Shown: piece after piece, positions 9,141-19,500 of the stretch
Layout of the letters: each line of letters begins with the position of its first letter
Position numbering within the stretch: position 1 is the first letter of the stretch
Source of the DNA: Myxococcota bacterium
Lineage (GTDB): Bacteria; Myxococcota; XYA12-FULL-58-9; JASMKV01
Length of the DNA: 64,000 nt
Assembly (NCBI GenBank): GCA_030749035.1
Contig: JASMKV010000301.1
Span: 4,523-68,522, forward strand
Direction: 5' to 3'
Made by a program: the position numbers and the translations under genes
The notes under the pieces: generated by a model
What the model was told of the DNA's origin: nothing
What the model saw: the letters and a program-made list of their open reading frames with translations, nothing else
The model's database searches: none

Positions 9141-9776
9141 TTAGAGGTGTACAAAAGGGTTGGAGCGCCGTTCAACATCGATATGCGTGTTTGGACCATG
9201 CCCCGGAATAACCTCAACAGCGCCATTCATCGTATAGAGACGCTCCTTGATCGATTTCTCAATCAATGCAAAATCGCCCCCCCAGAGATCGGTCCGCCCG
9301 ATGCTTCCTGAAAAAAGCGTGTCGCCAGAAAAGCACAAATCATGGTTTTCGAGACAAAAACAAACTGAGCCCGGCGTGTGCCCTGGTGTATGCAACACAC
9401 CAAGCTCGTACTCACCAAATTTGAAACTTGAATCATCACTCAGTGCGCCATCAATCGGACCGCTCTTGGGCGTTGGCAAACCAATCATTTGTGCTTGTTC
9501 TGCCAGGATTTGATGCAAAAAAGTATCGTCAGGATGCAGATAGGTTTTAGCCTTTGTGGCTTCTGCCAATTCAGCAGTGGCACCAATATGATCGATATGG
9601 GCATGGGTATGTACAATGGCCTTCACGTCCAGGCTCTCTTCCCGAATCAAAGACCAAATATAATCAAAATCATCTCCAGGATCGACCACCAAAGCTTCTT
9701 TACTCTCCGTGTCCGCAATCAAAGTACAGTTGCACCCCAAGGCGCCAACTGGAAATGTCTTTCGGTATAAGCTCAT
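9141..9776 (-). CDS. Metallo-β-lactamase-fold hydrolase (glyoxalase II / hydroxyacylglutathione hydrolase-like)
   Basis: The motif HTHAHIDHIG (HxHxDH), the downstream His/Asp ligands, and the ~210 aa size. Confidence 0.7.
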   Translation of the reverse strand: MSLYRKTFPVGALGCNCTLIADTESKEALVVDPGDDFDYIWSLIREESLDVKAIVHTHAHIDHIGATAELAEATKAKTYLHPDDTFLHQILAEQAQMIGLPTPKSGPIDGALSDDSSFKFGEYELGVLHTPGHTPGSVCFCLENHDLCFSGDTLFSGSIGRTDLWGGDFALIEKSIKERLYTMNGAVEVIPGHGPNTHIDVERRSNPFVHL

Positions 9777-9787
9777 CGTGTGGAACC

Positions 9788-11794
9788 TTAACGGTGATAT
9801 CGTTTTTGCATCAATAAGTGTTCTTTATAATCGCGACTAAATGCATGTTGATTGCTTCCGTCTTTTTTAGCCAGAAAGAAAAGATATTCATTGTCTTCTG
9901 GAAAAAATGCGGCGCGCAAAGCCTTTTCGCCTGGGTTAGAAATCGGTCCAGGCGGTAAGCCCTCATTTAAGTAAGTGTTGTATGGCGACTCGACGCGTAA
10001 ATCCTTGTTGAGCAGACGTTTTTTGGGCTCTCCAAAAACATATTGAATTGTTGCACACGATTCCAAACGCATATCTTGCTCAATACGATTCTTAAACACA
10101 CCAGCTATACGGTGCATCTCATCAACATTCTTTGCCTCGCGTTCAACAATTGACGCCAGAACAATTTTTTCAAAGAGGGTGGCTGCGTCTGGTTTTTTAT
10201 TGTGATTTAATCTCGTCGCAACCTCAAAAAACTGTTCAAGCATAATGCCCACAAGCTGTTCTGCCTTAAGATCGCGAGCAAAAGTATAAGTTTCAGGAAA
10301 AAGATAACCTTCAGCACTTTCGCCAGGAATACCCCACTTGGCCAATACATTTTTATCCGCTGCGACCTTGAGGAAATCTTCTACAGGCATTAATTCTGCG
10401 TCCGCGATGATTTGTGCGACTTCTTTAAGCATCAAGCCTTCGGGGAACGTCAGGCTCACCGTCTCTATCTGCCCGCGCTCTAACTCTTCGAGAACATCCC
10501 AGGTCCAAATATTCATCGCAAAACGATAATGGCCTGCCCGTAATTCCCGACCAACCCCTTTAAAACGTGCAAAAGCCTTAAACCCCACGGCACTGGCAAC
10601 AACCCCCTGAGATTCTAATTGATGCGCAATATCATGTAAGGATGATGCCGGTGGAATATCAACTTCAATCGACTGCTCTTGCAACAACATGCCCGGCTTA
10701 AACATACTGTAAGCCGAAGCCGCCACGAGCATCACAGCTAAAACACTGAACACCGCACCAAAACGGAGAGCCTGACGTATATTAAAAGCACTATAGGCAT
10801 GCTCAGGGTACACACCGCTTGGCGTGATAATGCCATTGAGCTTCTCTTCACTGGGTTCTTTTTCCCATGCGGCATCAACGGGCTGATCTGCATTCATCAC
10901 CTCTTCATCTTGCGCAGGCTCTTCGACCTGGGTCTCGACCTCGCCCACCACCTCGTCGCGCAAAGACGCCCCATCGTCAGCAGCAGAGACTGTCTTTGGC
11001 ACGCTTAAAGTGCTTTCAAAATGCGTCTCACCCACACGAGGTTGCTCGACACTCTCTGCGTTGATCGCACCGACTGCTGGCGGAGGCTCAACATGCAAAT
11101 GGGCCACAGGAGGTGGAGGGGCTGCATGAACTTCTGACTCGACAGGAGGTGGAGCTTGTTCGATGGGAGGGCTTGGTTCAGAAACAATTTCTTCAAACTC
11201 GTCTGAAGCCAAATATGTGGGCGCACTCAAATCGGGCGTGTTATCCTGGGATTTTTCTTTGACTGATTCCACCAAGGAAGGTTGACGCACCCCCGAATAG
11301 CCCTGTTGTTTGGAAGTCGATTTAAAAGTTTGCGCGCTTTGCGGCGAAACAGCCGGCCGCTGACTTTCTCCAGCATCAACCCCCATACCCTTCTCAAATG
11401 CCTGTTCGCACTGGCGCAAAAGATAACCCACATTCTCAAGAGGAAGCGGCGAGCCACCTTGATCCGCAAAAGCCATACCGTAAAGTGAGTTGTCTTTAAC
11501 CAGCGGGATAAGGGCGAAATGGGGTCCTTGTGCGCCAATCGATTTCTTAAGGGTGTCTATACCCGGCACATCACCAATACAAATGAGTGGAGAGGCGGTA
11601 TCCATGGACCACGCAAGTGGACCATCTTGTAACGACACCCCTTGCTTAAGCGTGCTTGGTCGAAAGCCTTCAACTCTTTTTAAGACCGCCACACCACCAC
11701 GAATTTCAAATATCGCCACACGCGTAAAAATACGCCCCAAGCGCTTAAGCCAGTCACCTGCTAAAAAATCAAATTCTGAACCTGCTGGGCTCAC
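9788..11794 (-). CDS. mltG: MltG/YceG-family endolytic transglycosylase with a ~330-aa N-terminal cytoplasmic extension (a GAF-like region plus a Pro/Glu-rich linker)
   Basis: A single TM helix (FGAVFSVLAVMLVAASAYSMF) is followed by a YceG-like domain to the C-terminus (…LHDIAHQLESQGVV…, …ESCATIQY…, …PGPISNPG…). The N-terminus reads FDFLAGDW…GMAFAD, then PPPVESEVHAAPPPPVAHLHVEPPP. Confidence 0.65.
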   Translation of the reverse strand: MSPAGSEFDFLAGDWLKRLGRIFTRVAIFEIRGGVAVLKRVEGFRPSTLKQGVSLQDGPLAWSMDTASPLICIGDVPGIDTLKKSIGAQGPHFALIPLVKDNSLYGMAFADQGGSPLPLENVGYLLRQCEQAFEKGMGVDAGESQRPAVSPQSAQTFKSTSKQQGYSGVRQPSLVESVKEKSQDNTPDLSAPTYLASDEFEEIVSEPSPPIEQAPPPVESEVHAAPPPPVAHLHVEPPPAVGAINAESVEQPRVGETHFESTLSVPKTVSAADDGASLRDEVVGEVETQVEEPAQDEEVMNADQPVDAAWEKEPSEEKLNGIITPSGVYPEHAYSAFNIRQALRFGAVFSVLAVMLVAASAYSMFKPGMLLQEQSIEVDIPPASSLHDIAHQLESQGVVASAVGFKAFARFKGVGRELRAGHYRFAMNIWTWDVLEELERGQIETVSLTFPEGLMLKEVAQIIADAELMPVEDFLKVAADKNVLAKWGIPGESAEGYLFPETYTFARDLKAEQLVGIMLEQFFEVATRLNHNKKPDAATLFEKIVLASIVEREAKNVDEMHRIAGVFKNRIEQDMRLESCATIQYVFGEPKKRLLNKDLRVESPYNTYLNEGLPPGPISNPGEKALRAAFFPEDNEYLFFLAKKDGSNQHAFSRDYKEHLLMQKRYHR

Positions 11795-11970
11795 ATCTAT
11801 TCCAGTCCGATTTCCGACAAAGAAATCAAAGCTTATTCTCGTTACAAAAGTCTATTTTACCAATTTTTTGGCTAATATTTAATTCAATGAAATCATAGGC
11901 ATAGCTTCCCATCAAAACAAAATCAGCGATCATTTTGTGGCCTTAGAACAATCCTGAGAATTTCACCCCG

Positions 11971-12741
11971 TTATTGCGGATAAACCACCCGAAACCCCAC
12001 ATGCGACCACTGCCCCCATGGCGCATAACCGTTGCGTACATTGGTCCGACACATCTCCTCACGCGATGCCCAGGAACCTCCACGCACCGCCATTAATGTG
12101 TCCTCCTGCTTGATCGGCCATAAATCGCATGTCCACTGCCATACGTTGGCCACCAAATCATGATGTCCAAAAGGTCCGGCAGATTTTGGCCAATACCCCA
12201 CTTGCCAACAAATCTTTGGACCGATGCCCCTGTTTCCAACCCTGCCTTCTTCCCAAATATTGCCCCAGGGGTATTGAAATCCTTCGGCGCCACGCGCGGC
12301 GGCTTCCCATTGTGCCTCTGTGGGCAACACACCACCTTGAGAACGACAAAATGCATCCGCCTCATACCAGCTTACACCGACAACCGGTCGATCCACCGGA
12401 TCGCGTAAATGCTGCCATTCGGCATCATCCCAAAAACGAGGCGCCATGATGTTATGGTCAACCCGCCAAGACCAACCCTCTTGCGACCACCACTCCGAAG
12501 AAAAATAACCGCCTTGATCGATAAAGTCTTGGTAACGGGCAACCGTGACTGGGTAAGTATCCATTGAAAATGCCGATAAATTCTGATTTGCATGAGGCAA
12601 AATACTTGAAAGAACATATTGGCCTGCAGGCACGAGATTTCGTGGACACATTTGCTCAAAACCAAAAGGTTTGCGATCGGGAAAAATTTCATCCATGCTT
12701 GATACACGAGAGTATTGAAAGATGTATTTAGAAGCCAGCAT
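11971..12741 (-). CDS. Formylglycine-generating-enzyme (FGE/SUMF1) family protein
   Basis: FGE-sulfatase domain signatures are present: …RVVRGGSWASREEMCRTNVRNGYAPWGQWSHVGFRVV… and W-rich repeats. Confidence 0.7.
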   Translation of the reverse strand: MLASKYIFQYSRVSSMDEIFPDRKPFGFEQMCPRNLVPAGQYVLSSILPHANQNLSAFSMDTYPVTVARYQDFIDQGGYFSSEWWSQEGWSWRVDHNIMAPRFWDDAEWQHLRDPVDRPVVGVSWYEADAFCRSQGGVLPTEAQWEAAARGAEGFQYPWGNIWEEGRVGNRGIGPKICWQVGYWPKSAGPFGHHDLVANVWQWTCDLWPIKQEDTLMAVRGGSWASREEMCRTNVRNGYAPWGQWSHVGFRVVYPQ

Positions 12742-12754
12742 TCCCCTAAAAAAA

Positions 12755-13693
12755 ATGTCTTATTTGACCTTGCTCTGGATCACTTTCTTCCTTGTCCCTT
12801 CCTTTGCCAGCGCGCAAGGCAGCATTCTCGTCCCAAAACCACAAAGTGATTTATCGGCACACCGTATCGACTCGGACATTTTTGGCTGGAATGATGACTA
12901 CAGCGAAATGGCGGCTATTGGTCTGGACGTTAAAAGAGGTCCCAAAGGCAAGCATCGCGGTGAAGTCTTTATGCTGGTTTTTCCCATCGACAGCATTACA
13001 CCGATACAAAATGTGAAACTTCATCATGTCACCCAAGCCGACATGCCACACAATCCATTGCCTATTCTTGATGTACGCAAATATCTGTGGACATTAGGCT
13101 ATGGCCTACCCAAAATGTGGCCCAAACATGCACGCAAAAAAAGACCTAAACATGCGATGCATGTCACACCGATATGGCTTCCGCAAAAACAAAAGAATGG
13201 CCTCTGTCGCCCTACCGTTGGTTTCCTGCTTTCAAAACAAAAGGTCAACCGCTATCAGCCTCATCAAGTTTTAAATATTGAAGCGCCCTGCCAATACCTT
13301 CGCTTAACGGATAAACGAACTTATTTTGCCCACAAACTCTTAGCCGGTTCCATGTTGCGCTTCGATTATTCAGGAACCGATAATGAAGCCAGCATACGAT
13401 TCCCCATGAGTGTGCAATGGCACGGAGCCTTGCCACTCAACATTGAAATACAAATGCCAAAAAACATGAAGAAACATGAGCTGAAGGGCCTGCGTAAAAA
13501 ACTCAAGGGCATTCAGCACTTCAAAACAAGCACGCACAAAGAAGTACTCTTGACCACGCAAATCATTTATACACGTGAATTTTCAGAACTCGCCAAGCAA
13601 ATTGCACTCAAACTCGATGCGCAACCAACCTTAAGCAACGCAAAAAATGTCTCCAGTATTGTCATCAAAATCGCAGGTCCAAGTAAACCATGA
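12755..13693 (+). CDS. Hypothetical secreted protein. The ORF is open from 12722, but the start at MSYLTLL… is preferred because it begins a signal peptide. Its stop overlaps the lhgO start
   Basis: The signal peptide reads MSYLTLLWITFFLVPSFASAQ. The protein is Lys/His-rich and has no recognised domain. ATGA overlap at 13690 with the next gene. Confidence 0.45.
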   Translation: MSYLTLLWITFFLVPSFASAQGSILVPKPQSDLSAHRIDSDIFGWNDDYSEMAAIGLDVKRGPKGKHRGEVFMLVFPIDSITPIQNVKLHHVTQADMPHNPLPILDVRKYLWTLGYGLPKMWPKHARKKRPKHAMHVTPIWLPQKQKNGLCRPTVGFLLSKQKVNRYQPHQVLNIEAPCQYLRLTDKRTYFAHKLLAGSMLRFDYSGTDNEASIRFPMSVQWHGALPLNIEIQMPKNMKKHELKGLRKKLKGIQHFKTSTHKEVLLTTQIIYTREFSELAKQIALKLDAQPTLSNAKNVSSIVIKIAGPSKP

Positions 13694-14886
13694 AACATTC
13701 TTCTGATTTCCTTATCATTGGTGGCGGCGTACTCGGGTTGACCTTGGCATTAGAATTAAAACGTCGCTATCGAGACTGCAGTATTAACCTTATCGAAAAG
13801 GAAAATGCTGTGGGCTGTCATGCCAGTGGGCGCAACAGTGGTGTACTGCATGCCGGTATTTATTACCCCAAAGACAGTCTCAAATCGCGCTTTACGCGAG
13901 AGGGCAATATTGAGCTCCACCAATTTTGCGCTGACCATAATATTCCGATCAGACGCTGTGGTAAACTGATTGTCACGAAGAATGAAGCCGAACTGTCGAC
14001 ACTCGACCTCTTGCATGCACGGGCAAAGGCCAATGATGTCCCGGTTGAATCGTTGAATGAAGACGAGGTGAAAAAACTTGAGCCCATGGCACAAACCCAT
14101 GAGCGTGCACTCTTTTCACCGACGACATCCAGCGCCAACCCCAAGGATGTGATGGCTGCTCTGGCAAAACTTGCACAGGCTGCAGAGATCACTTTGCATA
14201 CGAACACCGCATTTCGCAAATTCGATGGTCAAAACGTCATCACAACACAGGGCGAATTCCAATCCGGCTATGTCATCAATGCTGCAGGCCTCTATGCCGA
14301 TACGATTGCAAAATCATTTGGCTTTGCGCAAACCAGTAAAATACTTCCTTTTAAAGGGCTCTACCTCTACGCCAAGCAACCCATGATACAGACACACATC
14401 TACCCTGTACCTGATTTAAATTATCCATTTCTCGGGGTGCATTTTACAGTCAATGCACAGGGGGACACAAAAATTGGCCCCACAGCCATTCCTGCACTAT
14501 GGCGTGAACAATATCAGGGATTTGATAATTTTAAGTTTGGTGAGGCACTCGATATTGGTTTTCGCTCGGCCAGTCTCTTCATCTCTTCGAATTTTGACTT
14601 TAAACGGCTGGCCATGACCGAGTTACGAAAATATTCAAAAAAACACCTGGTGAAACAAGCACAAGCACTGGTGCCAACATGCAAATTTCAGGATTTCGCC
14701 CAATGGGGCCCCGCAGGCATACGCGCACAATTGGTGGCCAGCGATTCGGGCAAACTCCAGATGGACTTTTTATTTGAAGGCGATGAGCGCAGTTTTCATA
14801 TCCTTAATGCTGTTTCTCCTGGCTGGACATGTGCCCTGCCGTTTTCGCGTTTTCTTTGTGACGAGATCGACAAAAAAATCGTTTAG
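13690..14886 (+). CDS. lhgO: L-2-hydroxyglutarate oxidase/dehydrogenase (LhgO/YgaF family, FAD-dependent)
   Basis: An N-terminal FAD-binding motif DFLIIGGGVLGLTLALEL is followed by GRNSGVLHAGIYY, YPVPDLNYPFLGVHFT and C-terminal …ILNAVSPGWTCALP… The match to LhgO is full length. Confidence 0.8.
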   Translation: MKHSSDFLIIGGGVLGLTLALELKRRYRDCSINLIEKENAVGCHASGRNSGVLHAGIYYPKDSLKSRFTREGNIELHQFCADHNIPIRRCGKLIVTKNEAELSTLDLLHARAKANDVPVESLNEDEVKKLEPMAQTHERALFSPTTSSANPKDVMAALAKLAQAAEITLHTNTAFRKFDGQNVITTQGEFQSGYVINAAGLYADTIAKSFGFAQTSKILPFKGLYLYAKQPMIQTHIYPVPDLNYPFLGVHFTVNAQGDTKIGPTAIPALWREQYQGFDNFKFGEALDIGFRSASLFISSNFDFKRLAMTELRKYSKKHLVKQAQALVPTCKFQDFAQWGPAGIRAQLVASDSGKLQMDFLFEGDERSFHILNAVSPGWTCALPFSRFLCDEIDKKIV

Positions 14887-14966
14887 AAATAGAGTCTTAA
14901 GGACCTTGTTATCCTCGCTGTTCTGGGTCAGAATAAGCCATTCCTTGCCGCAAAAAAGGTCCAGAC

Positions 14967-16541
14967 ATGAGTTCAGCACAAATCAAAGAGAGTAACCCCA
15001 TCATTCAAAATGGGGCCATCCAAGGTCTTTCACCGCGGACAGGTACCCCCATGCAGCCTGTCACCACAACTTCGCCACAGGACTTGAATGAAATTGTCGC
15101 CCGGGCACGTCAAGCGCAACACACATGGAAAAACTTGCATGTACGGGAGCGGGCGAAAAAAATAAAAGCACTTTATCAAGTTTTCCTGAAAAAAGGGCCT
15201 GAATTTGCCGCCATCATGCACGAAGAACAAGGCAAAAGCTTTGCTGAAAGCTATAGTGGTGAAATTCTTGCGTCTGCTGAACTTTTTAAATACTGGTCCG
15301 CCCAAGCCCCCAAGCTCTTACAAAGTGAACAACAAAAACTCGATCCTATCCAATTTCCGCGTAAGCAAGGCCGCTTAGAGCTGTCACCCAAGGGCGTTAT
15401 TGGACTCATCACACCTTGGAATTATCCTCTTTCTATTCCCTTACGCACGATTGTTCCGGCTCTCGTCGCTGGCAATGCGGTGATCTTCAAACCATCCGAG
15501 TATGCCGCCCGGATTGGCTCTGCGATCACCGATGTTTTTGGCGAACTTGGCCTTGAACATCTGGTCTCGACTGTTCAAGGCGATGGACAACTTGGCGCAC
15601 ACATGGTGAATTCAAATCTTGATCATATTGTTTTTACCGGCAGTGTTCAGACAGGGAAAATCATTGCGCAAGAATGCGCCAAGAATCTACTTAGCTACTC
15701 TTTGGAACTCGGCGGTAAAGATGCGGCCATTGTTCTTGCTGATGCAAACCTCGACCGAGCTGTCGAAGGTATCGTCTGGGGCGCTTTTGCCAATGCGGGT
15801 CAAAACTGTGCTTCCGTAGAAAGAGTTTATGTTGTTAAAGAACATGCAGAAACCTTTATCACTAAAGTTGTAGAACGAAGTCAAAAAATAGTCCTGGGCA
15901 CCGATGATAAATCGATCTACGACATCGGACCATTTGTTCGCGAACAGGAACTTCTACAAACCGAATATCAACTTAAAGATGCGCTGAATAAGGGCGCAAA
16001 AATTTTACATGGAGGCAAACGACACCAAGACACACTCTTCTTTGAGCCCACAGTGCTTCGAAACGTCGATCAAAGTATGTTGGTCATGTCTGAAGAAACC
16101 TTTGGCCCCGTGCTGCCTATTCAAATTGTTTCAAATGTGAATGAAGCCATCAGTGAAACCAATGCTTCTCGTTATGGACTCACCACCAGCATCTGGAGCC
16201 AAAACATTCAAACTGCCGAAAACCTGGCCAAAGAGATTGAAAGCGGAATTGTCACCATCAACAATCACAGCTTCACCGCCGCACTGCCGCAAGCACCATG
16301 GCACGGAAAACGACATTCTGGTTCAGGTGTGACCAATTCACGATTTGCGCTCTACGATATGGTGGAGCCTCATTATATTCTTGTGGACAAAGCCAAGGCC
16401 CCTGAATTGTGGTGGTTTCCACACAACACTGCCATGCAAAATATTGTTGAATCCTTAGCGGCATTTTTTAGCGGTGCTGCAGGTCGCATGAGCGCATTAC
16501 TCAAAGTTATTCAAAATTTTCCAAAACGGTGGAAGATATAA
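14967..16541 (+). CDS. NAD(P)-dependent aldehyde dehydrogenase family protein (possibly succinate/glutarate-semialdehyde DH-like)
   Basis: ALDH signatures are present: …ELGGKDAAIV… (Glu active site) and …GQNCASVERVYV… (catalytic Cys). Length is 524 aa. Confidence 0.75.
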   Translation: MSSAQIKESNPIIQNGAIQGLSPRTGTPMQPVTTTSPQDLNEIVARARQAQHTWKNLHVRERAKKIKALYQVFLKKGPEFAAIMHEEQGKSFAESYSGEILASAELFKYWSAQAPKLLQSEQQKLDPIQFPRKQGRLELSPKGVIGLITPWNYPLSIPLRTIVPALVAGNAVIFKPSEYAARIGSAITDVFGELGLEHLVSTVQGDGQLGAHMVNSNLDHIVFTGSVQTGKIIAQECAKNLLSYSLELGGKDAAIVLADANLDRAVEGIVWGAFANAGQNCASVERVYVVKEHAETFITKVVERSQKIVLGTDDKSIYDIGPFVREQELLQTEYQLKDALNKGAKILHGGKRHQDTLFFEPTVLRNVDQSMLVMSEETFGPVLPIQIVSNVNEAISETNASRYGLTTSIWSQNIQTAENLAKEIESGIVTINNHSFTAALPQAPWHGKRHSGSGVTNSRFALYDMVEPHYILVDKAKAPELWWFPHNTAMQNIVESLAAFFSGAAGRMSALLKVIQNFPKRWKI

Positions 16542-16559
16542 AGAGAAGAGCCCAGTTTT

Positions 16560-19500
16560 ATGCAGCGCATTCTTTTTGTTATAGTGACTATTCTTTTGGG
16601 TCTGAGCATGGGCGCTCTGGTTGGCATTAAAAACCCACAAGTAGAACAAAATTTAAAATCGCACCTTGAAAATTTTATTTTCAAAAAAACCCAAATCCCC
16701 TCACAAATAGGCTCTCTGAATATTCATATTTGGCCCCCGGGGCTGCAGCTTGAAGATTTAACTTTTTATCGCCCGTCAGAGGAGCAACCCTGGGTTAAAA
16801 TCAAAAGAATAAAGTTAGCGGTTCAACTGTGGCCAAATCAACAAGGAGACTGGGTACTCAATCGCCTTATTGTTGATGGACTTAATGCCAACCTCATCTT
16901 ACCCGCAAACACACAAAACAACGCTGAGGTAAAATCATCGTCATTTGATACGACGAAAAAACTCCCATTCGACATTCAACACTTGGCTTTTTGGAATACA
17001 AATTTACTTATCCAGCGAGGTGATAGTTTGTTGGATATACGAAAAGCCGACTTCGAAATACGTCCTCTTGAGCAAGACAAACGCAGCATCCAACTTGCCG
17101 TCGCCAGCGGACACCTCACACATGCCGAACACGATATTGCTTTTGAAACCATCTTAAAAGCCTACCTTCGCGGTTCGCTTGCACAGCCCAAAGCGGCATC
17201 GATTGAACATGCTTATGTCGATCTTAAACGCATCACCCTCGAAGCCGCAGGAAATATGGAATTCGACGACTCCGGCGCCCACTTCGATGTCGGTTTTAAT
17301 GGCAAACTCAATTTTGACCAAATACGTCGCATCATTACAGATATCCCAAACATTGACGGAGAGTTACAATTCCACACCCAAATCCTTGGCACCCCCGCAA
17401 ACCCCTCCATACACGTTTCCATAGAAACGGATGAACTCTATTACGATGAAATTGATTATGGACAAATAAAACTTGCGACCGTTTATAAAAATAGTCGTCT
17501 GCGTGCAAATTCTATCCATTATAAACATAAGAGCATTGGCAAACTCACGGGAAGCGGTGAATTAGATCTTGGGGGCGATCAAAACTTCACCATCAATTCC
17601 CGACTGCATAACTTTAAACTCGAAGAACTGCTCGAGCGCGTAGACATTCCTCATGCCTGGGTGCGCCTCGACCTTTCGGGTGATGCTGAAATTACCGGAA
17701 AGCTTGCTGGCAAGGGACTCAAATTAAAGCTTGATACTTTGGTCAATAACTTTGAATCCCTGGACCGAACTTATCGCTCATCACAAGCGGAAAAACTCCT
17801 GCACTTAAAAAAACTGCGTTTAAAGGGCAATACCTTTTTAACCACACAATATATCGATTTAAACAACATTGATGTCGGCCTGAGCAAAAACCATTATCAA
17901 ATCAATGGGACATTGAGATTCGAAAAGATGAATGGGTTCAATATTAGAGTAAAAAGTTCTCATGCAAACTTACAAGATTTTGGACATATTGCCGGGCTTG
18001 AATTCCTTGGCCATGGAGAAATTGCTGCTGCTCTGGAAGGCCCCTATGCCGGCCCCACAATATCAGGAACCTTGAACCTCAACGAAGCAAGTATTGCGGG
18101 CTATCGAATTGGTGATCTAAGAACAACCATTATTTACAATCAAAACAAATTAAAACTAGAACGCATGCACGGACAACGTGATGGTGGGAGATTTACGGGT
18201 GCGGTAAATCTCAATTTCGCCCTAAACCCGACACTCATTAGTGGCGCTCTAAATCTATATGATGTGCCCTCTGCGCCGCTTCTACGGGATTTAGGCATCA
18301 ACATTAGAAGTGCTGAGCAAATCCGAGGGAAACTTCAAGGCATGGTCAGCGTAAACGGCGCACTTACACAACCCAATGGCTTTTTTGAGGCGACAACAAA
18401 ACAACTTTCACTTGCGCAAATCAGTCTTGATGAAAACCATATACGAGGTGGCTTCTTTGATAAGGACCATGTCCTTTGGGTTGAAATAAAGAAAGAAAAA
18501 AGGAATGAGCCTTTCGACTTTAACCTCTACTGGAAATATGATGACACCATTAAGTTTTCGGCAAAGTGGTTAAATTTAAAAAGCAACCGCTTTCAAAAAC
18601 TTGTCCCTGAACAAAAACTACAAGGCACGCTTAGTGGCGATCTCGAGCTTGCTGGCCCTTTTTCTAACATCGAAGGATTCTTTTCCGCACAAGCGAAAGA
18701 TTTAAGTGTCGGCGATGTACAATTCAAAAACTTAAATGTTGATGTGAAGAAAAAAGGGACAAGCATCGACTTGGCCGCAAATCTTTTTGACTCGAAGCCG
18801 AATCTTCGGCTGCATATTGAAACGACCAAGCACAATCCTTTTGTCCTTGAGCTTCAACTCAATGGACTTGACTCTAAAGACATTATTGATGGGCTGCCCA
18901 ATTATTCTTTTTTAACCAGTGGCAAAATTGCGCTGAATGGATTTATTGAAAAGCCCAAACAAACACGCGGCGCCATCACACTTAAGCGACTTGAGTTGGG
19001 CTGGCTTGAGAATAAACTTGTAAGCAAAAAAGGGCTTGATGTCTTAATTCAAAAACAAAAAGTTATTCTGCAACCCACACAATTCAATGCTCCAGGGCTC
19101 AGTTTAGCGACCAAGGGTTTCTATCATTTTAACAACAGCCTGAGCTTTGACCTTGAAAGTAAAGGCGATCTTAGTGTGTTAAGCGCCATAGACGATTCAA
19201 TTGAGTTTGCGCGCGGCCCGTTTTCCACAAAAATTCATGCCGAAGGGCCGCTTGAGGAGCTCTCTTATAATGGCACAGGAAATATTTCCAATGCCGCGCT
19301 GCTCCTCTCATCGCTGGGGGAACCACTTAATGAAATTGAAATGTTGTTCAATATCAAAGATAGGAATTTCAACATCACATCTGCATCAGCAAGTACTGGG
19401 CAAGGCATGATGAAGCTTCGTGGCAGTGCACATTTCCCGATTAACGAATCAGCCAAACTGGAATTTGAAGTTTCTCTGGATCGGGCGCACTTAAGACCAT

